Origin: an uncultured delta proteobacterium | GTDB taxonomy: Bacteria; Desulfobacterota; WTBG01 | Assembly: GCA_963793865.1 (NCBI GenBank) | Contig: CAWCBP010000008.1 | Span: 288,001-352,000 of the forward strand | Direction: 5' to 3' | DNA length: 64,000 bases | Part shown: positions 21,096 to 32,222 of the stretch, piece by piece | Layout: each line of letters starts with the position of its first letter | Numbering within the stretch: the first letter of the stretch is position 1 | The notes under the pieces: model-generated | Seen by the model: only the letters and a program-made list of their open reading frames with translations | Databases searched by the model: none | What the model was told of the DNA's origin: nothing | Translations under genes and position numbers: made by a program

Positions 21096-23007
21096 ATGAA
21101 AAAAATGTATATGATCATATTGGCAGTGGCAGTCGCGCTGTCAGCCGGGCAGGCCTTCGCTCTTCCCGGTGTCTACAACATGGGCGCTGATACTCAGACC
21201 CTGTTAGTGTCCCGCCTGTGAAACAAGAACCATAAGCCTGGATGGAACCGGCTTCGGCACCTCACCGCTGGTGTCGGGCGGTTTTCTTCTGCAGAACAGC
21301 AACGAAACCGCGGTTGATATTACCGCCGTTCAGTGCTATGACGGCGCGCTCACCCCGGCAGTGTGGGATGCGGGCTCATTGATAGTGTTCGATCCCACCG
21401 GGTATCCCGGCGCAGTGTTTGTCGCAGCCTCCAACCTGGGCGCCGGCGTGGTCCCGTCCGCCAACATCCTGGTGTGCGATGTGACCTTCTGCGGCGTGGC
21501 CGCCGGTACTGCCAACCTGTGTGTTGACACGGTGCCTGATTTCGACACCTTTGTTGCCCAGGATGCAACCGTGTATGACCCCAACATCGATGGGGATTGC
21601 ATTGCCGTAACCGTCCAGGATAATCCCTGCGAGTGCAGTATTGCCGGAGCTACCGACAGTTGCGGCAAGTGCTACTGAATCCGGTGACCGCGCAGTATAC
21701 TGCTTCTGGAGATGCAGAATGTGTAGATTCGAGTTTACGCGTATAGCAGCGACTGTACCGCTGGGTACTATTGACCCGGATACAGGTCTTTTAACCGTAC
21801 CTGCTACCACGGATGGTGAGTGCTGTACCATAACAGTAACCGATACTGCCAATACCGATGTTAATACCGGTGATCCGGTTGTCTGCACGCTGCCCATACG
21901 ATATCGTAGCTGGCGTCAGTCTGCAACACCGAAATCGCGCTCGGCAGGGAATGCCCCGGCGAAGCGATTGACGACCCGGCTTACAACAGGCCCGGAAGAC
22001 GCGGTCTTGCCGCCACCTGCGATGACATCATCGACTTCACCGTGTGCACCAACAGCACCGAACCGACATGGTCCGGGGCTTGCCTGGTGTGGACGATCGA
22101 ACCGAACCTGACAGGCGCCACCATTACCCAGATCGATGATTGCTGCTGGAGACTTATTGCTGGCGACACCTGCGACCTGCAAGAGAAGACCTTTACCGAA
22201 GTTGTAACGGTGACCGACACCTGCTGCAACAGCACCGACAGTGTCGAGATCGAATTCGGCAAGGTGATCATTGACATCGGCGACACCAACATTCAGCCCA
22301 ACAGCGAGTCCGGACTGGTCGACATCAGCATGACCAACCTGGATCACTCTGTGCGCGCCATTACCCTGGACATCGCGGCCTGCACCGGTGAAGACAACCT
22401 GGTATGCACGCAGTGCCTGGTTGATGTTGACCGTAGCCTCGATTTCACCTGTTCAGCCAATGAGCAGGCGGACGGAAGCTGCAGAGTGGTTCTGTACTCA
22501 ACCGACCCGGCAGCCGTCATTACGCAGGGCAGAGGCCCCATTGCCCAGATCGTGTACTCGGCAGATGGCGAGCTTGATGTGTGCGGTTCCGATGCCTGCG
22601 TAGATCTGTGCGCGATCAACATCAGCGTATCCGATCAGTTCAACGAAGATCTGTGCACCTGCGCCAGCGCGGGCGAAGTATGCTTCACCACCTGCGGTGA
22701 TATTTATCCCCAGGACTGCATCGGCGGTACCTGCGGCGCTCTGACCTGCTGCGGTGATGGCGTGATCGACCTCTTCGATATCCTCGAGGCGGTTGACATC
22801 ATCCTGAACCTGCAGATTGCCACGGACTGCCAGATCGCAAACGGTGATGTGCCCAACGGTATGCCGCCTTACTGCGGTAATCCTCCGGGGACACCCAACT
22901 GTCAGGGTGACGGCGACATCGATATCTTTGATGTGCTGGTCATGATTGACAAGGCCCTTGGTAAGATGAACTGCTGCGATTACTGCCTGTACGGCAATAT
23001 CTTCTAA
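21096..23007 (+). CDS. Secreted scaffold-like protein: cohesin-like A, Ig-like, cohesin-like B, dockerin-like II (several frameshifts)
   Basis: AGGAGG then MKKMYMIILAVAVALSAGQAFA; ORFs 21271, 21641 and 22042 are consecutive pieces; the 3' half is paralogous to 28262-29336 and 46101-47176. Confidence 0.75.
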
Positions 23008-23036
23008 GCACGCTCATCACCGGTAACTAACAACTA

Positions 23037-23081
23037 ACCCCAGCCTGGCAGGAGGTATTATACCGACTGCCAGGCTGGTTA
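23037..23081 (+). terminator. Hairpin downstream of scaffold gene
   Basis: CCAGCCTGGCAG...CTGCCAGGCTGG followed by TTATT. Confidence 0.55.
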
Positions 23082-23313
23082 TTATTAAGGATAAGTGGTT
23101 TGGTTTGAGAATAGATTATGTGCAGGAACGCGCTCCGTCGCGTCCTATTGAAACGATGCAATAAATATGTTACTGAATACTAGCTATAATATCGAAGCGA
23201 AGCGAGAAATCTTTTACTCAATATTAAAAATAATTGCCCCAAATCAAACTTTGAACGTTTAATAAACATCGCATATCTCAACCAGAACCTTTAACCAGCA
23301 AGGCGGTGACCGG

Positions 23314-23952
23314 ATGATCAGACAGTTTTCCAAATTATTGACAGTTGCGGGACTCATACTTCTTACAGGCAATTATCTTATTACTCCGGCAGAGGCGGCA
23401 GAGGAAGGAAAGAAGACGGAAGCCGTCAAGGCGGCGCCGGCAGCGACGCCCACGGAAGCGGCACAGGCTGTTGAAGGGGCGAAACCCGCCGAGGCGGCTA
23501 AAAAGGGAAAGACGACGGAGCCGTCTCTGGGGCTGAAGGCCGGCGGTAAGAATACCGCCAAACTTGAGCTGCAGAGCGATATCCCGGTGCGGGCCCTTCA
23601 GTTTTCCGTTACCGGGGCGAAAATCACCGAGGTGCGCACCACCGGCCGGGCAAAAGGCTTTTTCTCGAAGTTCAACGAGCAAAACGGCATGGTGATCATC
23701 CTTTCGACGACCGGGGAAGAGATTGCCCCGGGCAAGGGCGAGGTGGCTGAAATCGTGTGTGATAAACCGGCAACCGCCAAACTCGCGGATGTGAAAATAG
23801 TGGGGAAACGCAGTGACGGAAGTTGCCTGATGGTTATAACTATTATGGCTAAGGGAATGACAGGTGGATTGTTTCATTCAAGACAAGAGCGGAAACAGGA
23901 GATGCGGATCGCATGTATCTCTTGTTTTGCTGTCTTCAAGACCCTTAGATAA
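23314..23952 (+). CDS. Exported protein with A/K/E/P linker and a single Cys-poor cohesin-like domain (true stop may be near 23816)
   Basis: Signal peptide ...AEA; LELQSDIPVRALQF...TTGRA..F..NE...IILSTTGEEIAPGKGEVAEI aligns by eye to class B cohesin-like repeats. Confidence 0.65.
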   Translation: MIRQFSKLLTVAGLILLTGNYLITPAEAAEEGKKTEAVKAAPAATPTEAAQAVEGAKPAEAAKKGKTTEPSLGLKAGGKNTAKLELQSDIPVRALQFSVTGAKITEVRTTGRAKGFFSKFNEQNGMVIILSTTGEEIAPGKGEVAEIVCDKPATAKLADVKIVGKRSDGSCLMVITIMAKGMTGGLFHSRQERKQEMRIACISCFAVFKTLR

Positions 23953-23955
23953 CCG

Positions 23956-24005
23956 GTAGGAGCGGCTTTAAGCCGCGAATGCATCGCGCCTGAAGGCGCT
24001 CCTAC
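23956..24005. repeat. GTAG REP doublet, family A
   Basis: Near-identical to 687-736. Confidence 0.85.
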
Positions 24006-24112
24006 CGAAGTTTCAAAAGGATAATTAATACCTGAGAGGGTCGGTGGCGGATTCATAGTAAGAAAGATACGGGGGGCTTGATCTGAAAAACCAGGTAAAA
24101 AGGAGAGGATGC

Positions 24113-26498
24113 ATGATCAAGAAAGCGCTGTTAGTAGTTTCCGGCTTGCTCTTTTTTTCCCCAGTAAGCCAGGCGCAGGTTACCCTGAGCGTTGGCACCG
24201 GTTCGGGGTACCGGGGATCCGATAATAATGTCGTGTCGGTCAACCTGAGCAATGCCGCCGACAGGGTCAGAAAGGTGCAGGTGGAGCTGTGCGATGTCGA
24301 TAATTACATGAGCGTGGCTCAGGTGCGATACCACCACCCGCAGCCGTGACGGGTTTACCTGCGGTGTCATCAGCCTTCCTTCGGGATGCTCGCGGATTAT
24401 TTTAAATTCGCCCGGCGGATATATTCCAACGGGCACCGGATCCATAATGACCCTGCGGTATAATGTCGTTGCCGGCGCACCCGCCGGGGAGTGCAGGGCG
24501 ATCAATCAGCAGAACATATTCGCCTATGATGAGCTGGGAAGCCTCTTGAGCGTCACCCCGGTTTCGGGGAATTTCTGTTTCAACAACTGCACCCTGACCA
24601 CCCAGTGCCAGGACGGACTCTACTGCAACGGGACCGATGGCTGCTCGGGCGGCGCCTGCACCCACACCGGCAATCCCTGTCCCGGCACCCAGTGCAACAC
24701 CTGCCAGGAGGACACCAATACCTGTTATGACCCGGCCGGCACCATTTGCACCGATGACGGCCTTTTCTGCAACGGGGATGAGATCTGCAACGGGAGCGGC
24801 TCATGCACTCACTCCGGCAGCCCCTGCCCCTATGCCACCTGCGTTGAAGCAACCGACGAGTGCAGCTGCTTCGGATCGGGCGAGAGCTGCGAGGACAACA
24901 AGTTCTGCAACGGGGATGATTACTGCCTGTTCGGGGTGTGCGAGCACGTGGGCGATCCATGTGCCTCACAGGATTTGCATTGCGCCGAAGCGGTGGACCG
25001 CTGCATCTGCTTTATCGATGCCGAGTGCAATGACGGCAATGCCTGCACCGATGACCGCTGTGAAACTGACGGCAGCTGCAGGGGGATCAATAACACCGCT
25101 CCCTGCGACGACGGCATCTTTTGCAACGGGGCAGACACCTGCTCCTGCGGGTCCTGCAGCCACGCGGGGGACCCCTGTGCCTATCCCAATGTGTGCTATG
25201 AGAATACCGATACCTGCACCACCCGGGAGGTTGAGGTGAACCTGGGGTTCGGCTCGGGCAACATCGGAACAACCGACAGACAGGTAAATGTGCAGCTCAG
25301 AAACCCCAGCAGGGCGGTGAGCGGGTTGCAGATGAATGTCTGCGATGAGTATGACCACCTGATTGCAACCAGTTGCACCGTAAGCTCGGCCGCACCTGAG
25401 TTGCTGGCCACAAAATTCGACTGCGCGGTGAACGAATTGGAAAACGGCTGTGCCAATGTGGTGCTGACGCCCAAAGGATCGGCGCCCATAAACCCCAATT
25501 CAACCACACGGACCATTTTTAACATAGGCTTTGACGTAGGCCTCTGTACGACAAGGAGCACGGCCTGCACCAACTGCGGCACCGACTGTTACTATCCGGG
25601 TGCGACCTGCTCCGCCGGCGCCGCCAACTGTTACCGCTATGACCGGAACAAGCTGTGTAATTGTGATCAAAACGGATGTTATTCGCTGGAAGATATCTGT
25701 CCTCCGGTTGATACCGGGGATGTGTGGGTGACAATTAGCGATCTCCTGGTGGTGGACCCCTTTAACAGTGTGCTGGGGGCGCTGGCGGTGCCCACCCCCT
25801 TCGCGAATTTTGAGATCGCCTGTGACGGCAACGCTGACTGCTCCAGGGGAAGCGTCTGCAGCACCGACACCTGCAGCGGCGGCTCCTGCATCCATACCTC
25901 GAGCGGCGTGGTAACCTGCAATGACGGCCTCTTTTGCACCACCACCGACCGCTGTTCCGGCGGGTATTGCGTGGGTACGGGCGACACCTGCGGCTCGATA
26001 TTTCTCTGCAACGAGGAGACGAACGCGTGCTTCAGCTGCACCGGTGACGCCGACTGTGACGGTGTCCCTGACGAGGGCGACAACTGCGCGGGCATTCCCA
26101 ACGGACCGGACGGCGGCTTCTGCACCGCGGGCACCAATTCCGGGACGCCCTGCCTGGAACACTGCGATTGCGGTCTGATCGCGAGCTACTGCAGCACGGG
26201 CCAGGAAGACAGCTACCCGCCGGGCGGCAATAACATTGGTGATGCCTGCGAGTGCGAAGGCAACTTTGACACCGATACGGATGTGGACGGGACCGATGCT
26301 TCCAAATTCAAAACTCATTTCGGCAGGAGCAAGATTCAGAACCCCTGCACCAACGTAAGCACCTGCAATGGGGACTTTGAGTGTGACCAGGACGTGGACG
26401 GCACTGACGCCAGCCTGTTTAAGAAGGATTTCGGACGAAGCTCCATAAAGAATCCATGCCCCGTCCGGCCCGTTACGGTGTGGTGCGCGTATCCGTAA
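24113..26498 (+). CDS. Secreted Cys-rich protein: two cohesin-like B domains, CxDGLFCNG repeats, TSP3, dockerin-like I (frameshift at about 24320-24440)
   Basis: Signal peptide ...SQA-QVTLSVGTGSG; second module VNLGFGSG...LQMNVCD...NELENGC; tail ECEGNFDTDTDVDGTDASKFK...CNGDFECDQDVDGTDASLFK. Confidence 0.82.
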
Positions 26499-26725
26499 AC
26501 GAGGGGGCAGGGTACAGGGGTCAGCGTACAGAGGGTGTGATACGAATCCCAAATCCGAAGCACTTGTAAATGAATTTAAATGGTCAGGCGAAATTCGAAA
26601 CAAATTCAAAATTCTAATACTCAATGTTCGAAACGAGGACAATAAAGAGAGATGCAGGGTTTTTTGCCCTACACCCTGGGCCCTGAACCCTGACCCTCAT
26701 TTGTAACCACGAAGAGCACGAAGCC

Positions 26726-26786
26726 GTAGGGGCAACCCCCTGTGGTTGCCCTATGATATCGGGCAGGCACAGGGGCCTGCCCCTAC
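26726..26786. repeat. GTAG REP doublet, family B
   Basis: GTAGGGGCAACCCCCTGTGGTTGCCC...GGGCAGGCACAGGGGCCTGCCCCTAC; copies at 37648-37709 and 40692-40753. Confidence 0.85.
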
Positions 26787-26968
26787 GAAGAACAAGAAGG
26801 GAGAGGAACGTTAACCGGCCCGGTAGCGAATCGGCTCACGGGCGCACCTGAAGGAGGGGATTATAGGAGAAATGTAATTTCTTACAAAAAGATTTCTCGC
26901 GCAGCCTGTCCTGAGCCAATCGACTGAGAAATCTTTTCACAGCACCGTGCAGCAAAGGTAATATCAAA

Positions 26969-29336
26969 ATGAAAGCGATACGCAAGCTTTTCAGGTCCTG
27001 CCTGGTAGCAACCGCGTTTCTTCTGTCCGCCGCTGCCTTCCCCGCCATGGCACAGCCGTGGGTATACAATCTATACGGCGCAAATGAGCTGCCGGACGGT
27101 GTTTCATACGGCACGGTTTCTTTGAGCTACATTTACGACAGCGGCAAGCGCGGTGTCAGACTTACCGTGACCGCCAATGATTCCATTCTTTCCCCCTGCA
27201 GCAATTTCGGAATTCAGCGTTTCGGATTTAACACCGTCCTGGCAAATCCGCCGGCTGACTGTCCCGAAGGTGACGCCGATGGGGACGGGATTTCCGACTG
27301 CTGTGGATAATTGTGCCGACCATGCCAATGGCCCGGGAGGCGGCACCTGTACCAGGGGTACCATCGGCGCCGCCTGCATAAACAATAGCGACTGCGGAGC
27401 GGACGGCTTCTGCAGCAGGGCTCAGGAGGATAATTATCCGCCCCCCGGCAACAAGTACGGCAACGCCTGCGAATGCGAGGGCAATTTTGACAGGGACCAG
27501 GATGTTGACGGTACTGACGGGTTTATCTTTAAAGAGGATTTCGGGCGGTACCCAATTTTCAACCCCTGCACCGATGACCTGCCCTGCTACGGTGATTTCG
27601 AGGAAGACAGGGATGTCGACGGAACGGACGCGATAAAATTCAAGGAGGATTTCGGGAGAGCACCGCGCAATAATATCTGCCCCAGTTTTTGGGCAAACGT
27701 GAGGATGACCCTGCCTCCGGAATGGTCAGGCACCTTTGGAAGTTACCAGTACAGCGAATTCGGCAGGTTTCAGATCGATGTCCGGGGCGATGGATCGAGC
27801 CGGGTCAATCCCCTGATTATAGATATTTACCACCAGACGGAGAACCTGTTCTACACTGATTTTGTCGTGCCCAATGAAATGGGCCAGTTTTTTTCCGCGC
27901 ATATAGCTGACTTTTCCTACCAGGGCTCTGAGTGCATGAGCGGCTACTTTGCCTCTCCCGGCGGCGGCCCGCTGACCACGACCACTTCCAGCATAAAGAC
28001 GACCACCACCACCTCTGCAGCCACAACGACGACGACTGCCCCGACCACAACTACATCGGAGATGACCACAACCACCTCCGTGTCGACGACAACCACCTCC
28101 CAGCCGGTGATCACCACCAGCACCACCACCACCTCTGTGCCCACAACGACGACATCCGTCCCGAGCACGACCACCTCGGAGATGACCACCACCACCTCTG
28201 TGTCCACGACGACCAGCTCTCAGCCGGTGATCACCACCACGGTACCGACTACCACCACCTCGGCACCCTCTCTCTGCAGGGGAGAGATATACAAGGGCGG
28301 CACCTGTGACCTGGGCCTGCCCATTGATGATCCGGCCTATAACCGGCCGGGGAGAAGGGGGCTCTCGCTTACCTGCGAGGATATTGTTGACTTCTGCGTC
28401 TGCACCGACTGCGTGAATCTTGATCCGGCGTGCCTGGTGTGGACGATAGATCCCGCCGAGCCGTATTTGAGCATCGTCGCCAACCCCAACGGGACCGCGC
28501 GGCTGACGGTGGGAGAATCCTGCGATCAGCTTGAGGAAATCAGGGAATACACGGTGACGGTGACCGACACCTGCAACGGCTGGTCGGACAGCGTGGTGCT
28601 TGAGCTGGGCAAGGTGACCCTGGATGTCACCGATGTTTCCATCCAGAAGGGAAGCGACGCATTTATGGTGCCGGTCAAGCTGGTGAACCGCTATAACACG
28701 GTACGGGCGCTGAGCGTGGATATCTGTGAGTGCGACGGAGGCGATGACAGGGCGGTATGCAGCGGCTGCGTCAGCGATCCCCTCCGCGCCCTAAATTTCA
28801 CCTGCCTTGCCGCCGAGATGGAGGATGGCTGCTGCAGGGTTCTGCTGTATGCCACCAATCCCGCCGCCTTTATTTTGCGGGGTGCGGGGACGGTCGCCAA
28901 CGTCATGTACGAGGCTGCGGAAGAATTTGACGGCTGCAGTTGCTTGCGGCCGGTCAACCGGCAGGTCTCGGACCAGTTTAATGAAGATCTGTGCGCCTGC
29001 CAGTCGCCGGGGGATCTTTGCTTCAAGTCCTGCGGAGACATCTACCCCCAGGACTGTCTCGATCCGGGCTGCGCGACCTGCGGGGACAATGCGGTTGATC
29101 TTCTGGACATACTGGAGGCGGTTGATATTATTCTGGGCAATCAGACGCCTACCTCCTGCCAGCTTGATCACGGTGATGTGCCCAACGGCTATCCGCCGTA
29201 TTGCGGTGAACCTGCCGGCAGCCTCGACTGCGGGTCGGACGGAGACATTGACGTGCTCGATCTCCTGGTCATCATTGACATGGCTCAGGGGAGGGCCAAC
29301 TGCTGCGACTACTGTTTGTTCAGGAAGATTTTTTAA
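26969..29336 (+). CDS. Secreted protein: beta-rich N-domain with inserted TSP3/dockerin-like I module, Thr linker, Ig-like, cohesin-like B, dockerin-like II (frameshift near 27300)
   Basis: Signal peptide ...AMA; ORFs 26969 and 27177 join at DGISD/AVDNC; paralogue of 45132-47176. Confidence 0.82.
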
Positions 29337-29562
29337 ATTATTTTCATTTGTTTAAAGTGTCATCCTGCGATTTGATCGCAGGATCCAGCAATACGTAGTT
29401 GGCGGATTCTCTGGTCAAGTTTCAGACGCAGAATGACGATGTGCTAAAGAGAGTTTCGCATGGGTCAATTTTAGGCTCTTTGAGTTGGATCGAGTCATCC
29501 TGCGACTTGATCGCAGGATCCAATAAAAAACATTTTTCGGTGTCTTTCAAGAGGTGATAGCG

Positions 29563-31707
29563 ATGTATTACAGAATCTTCGGTCTTGTGCTGGTTGCGGT
29601 GTTCTGCGGCGCCCTCATCTTCCCGCCGGGGGCCTGTTCCCAGGTGACCCTCACGGTAGGAGAAGGCACGGGCGGGCCTGGTTCCTGCGCGTCGCCGGTC
29701 GCGGTGAGCCTGGCGAATCCCGGGGTCATGGTGAAGGGTGTTTCCATGGATCTCTGCGAGGCCAACAATACCCTTATACGCCTGGGGTGCGATACCACCC
29801 CTCGGACCCCCGCATACGCGGGAGGGAACGCCGACTTCAGCTGCATCAGCAACGAGCTTGATAACGGCTGCGTGCGGGTGCTTTTGTTCTCCAACCGGGG
29901 CAGCCTGATCGACATGGGCTCGGGCCCGGTGTTTGCCCTTAAATACGGTGTGTTTGAAGAAGCAGGCCCTGCCGGCAGCTGCGTTGAGTTACGGGCGGAA
30001 AACGTGCTGGTCGCCGGTGTGAGCGGTCCGCTTGCAAATGTCGCGGTGGTGGCCGGGAATTTCTGTTATTATGAGTGCGATGTTGATGGCGACTGCAATG
30101 ACAGCCTCTATTGCAACGGCATCGAAACCTGCATCGGCGGCGCGTGTCAGCCGGGGATGAGTCCCTGCCCGGATGACGGCCTCTTCTGCACCGGATCCGA
30201 AGGATGCGACGAGGCGACGGATGCCTGCACCCTGAGCGTCAATCCATGCAGGGTTGCGTGCGATGAGACCAATAATGCCTGTACCTGCGCGGCTGACGGT
30301 GATTGTGACGACGGGCTATACTGTAACGGTGTTGAGACCTGCGATGGTCAGTTCTGCGTGCCGGGCACCAGCCCCTGTCCTCCCTCCAGCATTTGTACTG
30401 AGGACGGGGACTTCTGCGCGGAGTGCCTTAATGATGCTGATTGCGGTGACGGGCTTTACTGCAACGGCATTGAGACCTGTGTCGGGGGTTCCTGCCGGGA
30501 ATCAACACCCCCCTGTCCGTCCCTTTCAACCTGCGATGAAGCGAATGATCTCTGCTCGTGCACCGACAACGCGCAGTGCGATGACGGGCTCTACTGCAAC
30601 GGTGTGGAGCGGTGCAGCTTCAACCGCTGCGACATAAGCTTCAGCTATTTTTCCGATTACCCCTGCAGGGACTGCAACCCGTCACTTGAAGACTGCGATT
30701 GCCAGGAGTCCAACGATGCCTGCCTGCCGGTCATCCTCTCGGCGGGAAGCGGCTCCGGTGCGCCCGGTTCAGCCGGCAATGCCGTGGCGGTAAGCGTTGA
30801 CACGCTCTTTATCGATGTTAACACGATCCAGGCAGACATCTGCGATGAAGGCAATTATCTCTCCTGCAGCGGATGCAGCAGCGCCGGCCGGACGCCTTCC
30901 GGATACAGTTGCCTGACCGCGGAGCGGCCGGACGGGTGTTGCAGGATAACCCTCATCGATTTAAGCGGCAGCACCATTGATGCGGGATCAGGGCCGGTCA
31001 TTTCCGTTGATTACACGGTCAATGCCGGGGCGCCTGCCGGTGAATGCAGGACACTCAATGTGCTCAATGAAATCGTGGCCACCTTGAATGTGCCCCTTGC
31101 GGTCAACACGGCATCCGGCCAGTTCTGCTTTGATTCCGGTTTCGCAGGGGCATCGGCATCCGCCGGCGCTTCCGGCGGTTCGCTCCTGTCGGCGGGCAAT
31201 GTTGCGGGCGTCCCCGCTGTAAGCGGAACGGGATCATCGCAAGCAGGGGCGGTAGTTTCAGCAGACCCGGCCGCGGGGCAGGATGGCAGCCGGGAAGCGC
31301 TCGAAACTTCAGCGGCCTGTCCCATTGCCGCCTCGATTGATGATCAGGGGCAGCTTGCCACCCTGAGAAGTTTCAGGGACAACGTCCTGTCAAAAAATAT
31401 CTTCGGGCAGATTTTTACCTTCATATTTTACCGGAACGCGGCCGAACTGACAGCGATCCTCGATCAGAACGATGATATAAGAGAGCGGTTGAAGACCCTG
31501 GTGGATGAGTACATCTCCGTGATCGGAGAGGCGGCGCGTGGCGAAACTGCCTGCGTCGGGGATAAGGACAGGGCGGTTGTTATTGATCTCCTGAATGATA
31601 TCAAGGACAAGGGAAGCCTCCAGCTTAAGACCGATATCGACCTGGTAATTGAAGGGATGGTCTCGAGCAGCGCGGAGGAGGTTTTTGGAATTGCCGTGGA
31701 GAAGTAA
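29563..31707 (+). CDS. Secreted Cys-rich protein: two cohesin-like B domains, Cys repeats, C-terminal CFI-box-CTERM-like domain
   Basis: QVTLTVGEGTG and ILSAGSGSG modules; repeated CDDGLYCNGxETC; tail CPIAA...LRSFRDNVL...GQIF..FY. Confidence 0.85.
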   Translation: MYYRIFGLVLVAVFCGALIFPPGACSQVTLTVGEGTGGPGSCASPVAVSLANPGVMVKGVSMDLCEANNTLIRLGCDTTPRTPAYAGGNADFSCISNELDNGCVRVLLFSNRGSLIDMGSGPVFALKYGVFEEAGPAGSCVELRAENVLVAGVSGPLANVAVVAGNFCYYECDVDGDCNDSLYCNGIETCIGGACQPGMSPCPDDGLFCTGSEGCDEATDACTLSVNPCRVACDETNNACTCAADGDCDDGLYCNGVETCDGQFCVPGTSPCPPSSICTEDGDFCAECLNDADCGDGLYCNGIETCVGGSCRESTPPCPSLSTCDEANDLCSCTDNAQCDDGLYCNGVERCSFNRCDISFSYFSDYPCRDCNPSLEDCDCQESNDACLPVILSAGSGSGAPGSAGNAVAVSVDTLFIDVNTIQADICDEGNYLSCSGCSSAGRTPSGYSCLTAERPDGCCRITLIDLSGSTIDAGSGPVISVDYTVNAGAPAGECRTLNVLNEIVATLNVPLAVNTASGQFCFDSGFAGASASAGASGGSLLSAGNVAGVPAVSGTGSSQAGAVVSADPAAGQDGSREALETSAACPIAASIDDQGQLATLRSFRDNVLSKNIFGQIFTFIFYRNAAELTAILDQNDDIRERLKTLVDEYISVIGEAARGETACVGDKDRAVVIDLLNDIKDKGSLQLKTDIDLVIEGMVSSSAEEVFGIAVEK

Positions 31708-32222
31708 AAGAGAGGGTGCAGGGGTCAGGGGACAGGGTACAGGGAAAAAAGTTTACAGTTGACGGTTTACAGTTTATAGTGGGAAGAAAAGGCTCCGAAT
31801 GAAAGAGTGATGCCTGTAAACTGAAAACTGACAACGTTCACCACAAAGCACGAAGAAAAAACAAACTGCGGAGAACACGAAGAAAATAGACACAGATTGA
31901 AAATTGACCCAAAGAATTCATTCCCGATCATTGTAATCCTCTCCCCCCGCCGGGGGAGGGGATTTTTTTGTAATTTCGAAGGAGCATGGGCGACGAAGCA
32001 ATCTCATGTAAAAAGTTTAATCAAATTGAGGATCATTATCTTGATTTTGGACATTAGTTAAAAATACTTTCATTTGAAAGATATTTGTGCTATCCATTAA
32101 ATAAAGACGTGAGGGGGGTGGTTATAATGAATGAATGTGAGTGTGGCGGTGGCGACGGGTATTCCTGTCGCTTGTTTGCTTTCGGAACAGCTCTTTATAA
32201 AGACTATAAAGAAAGGAGGAAA

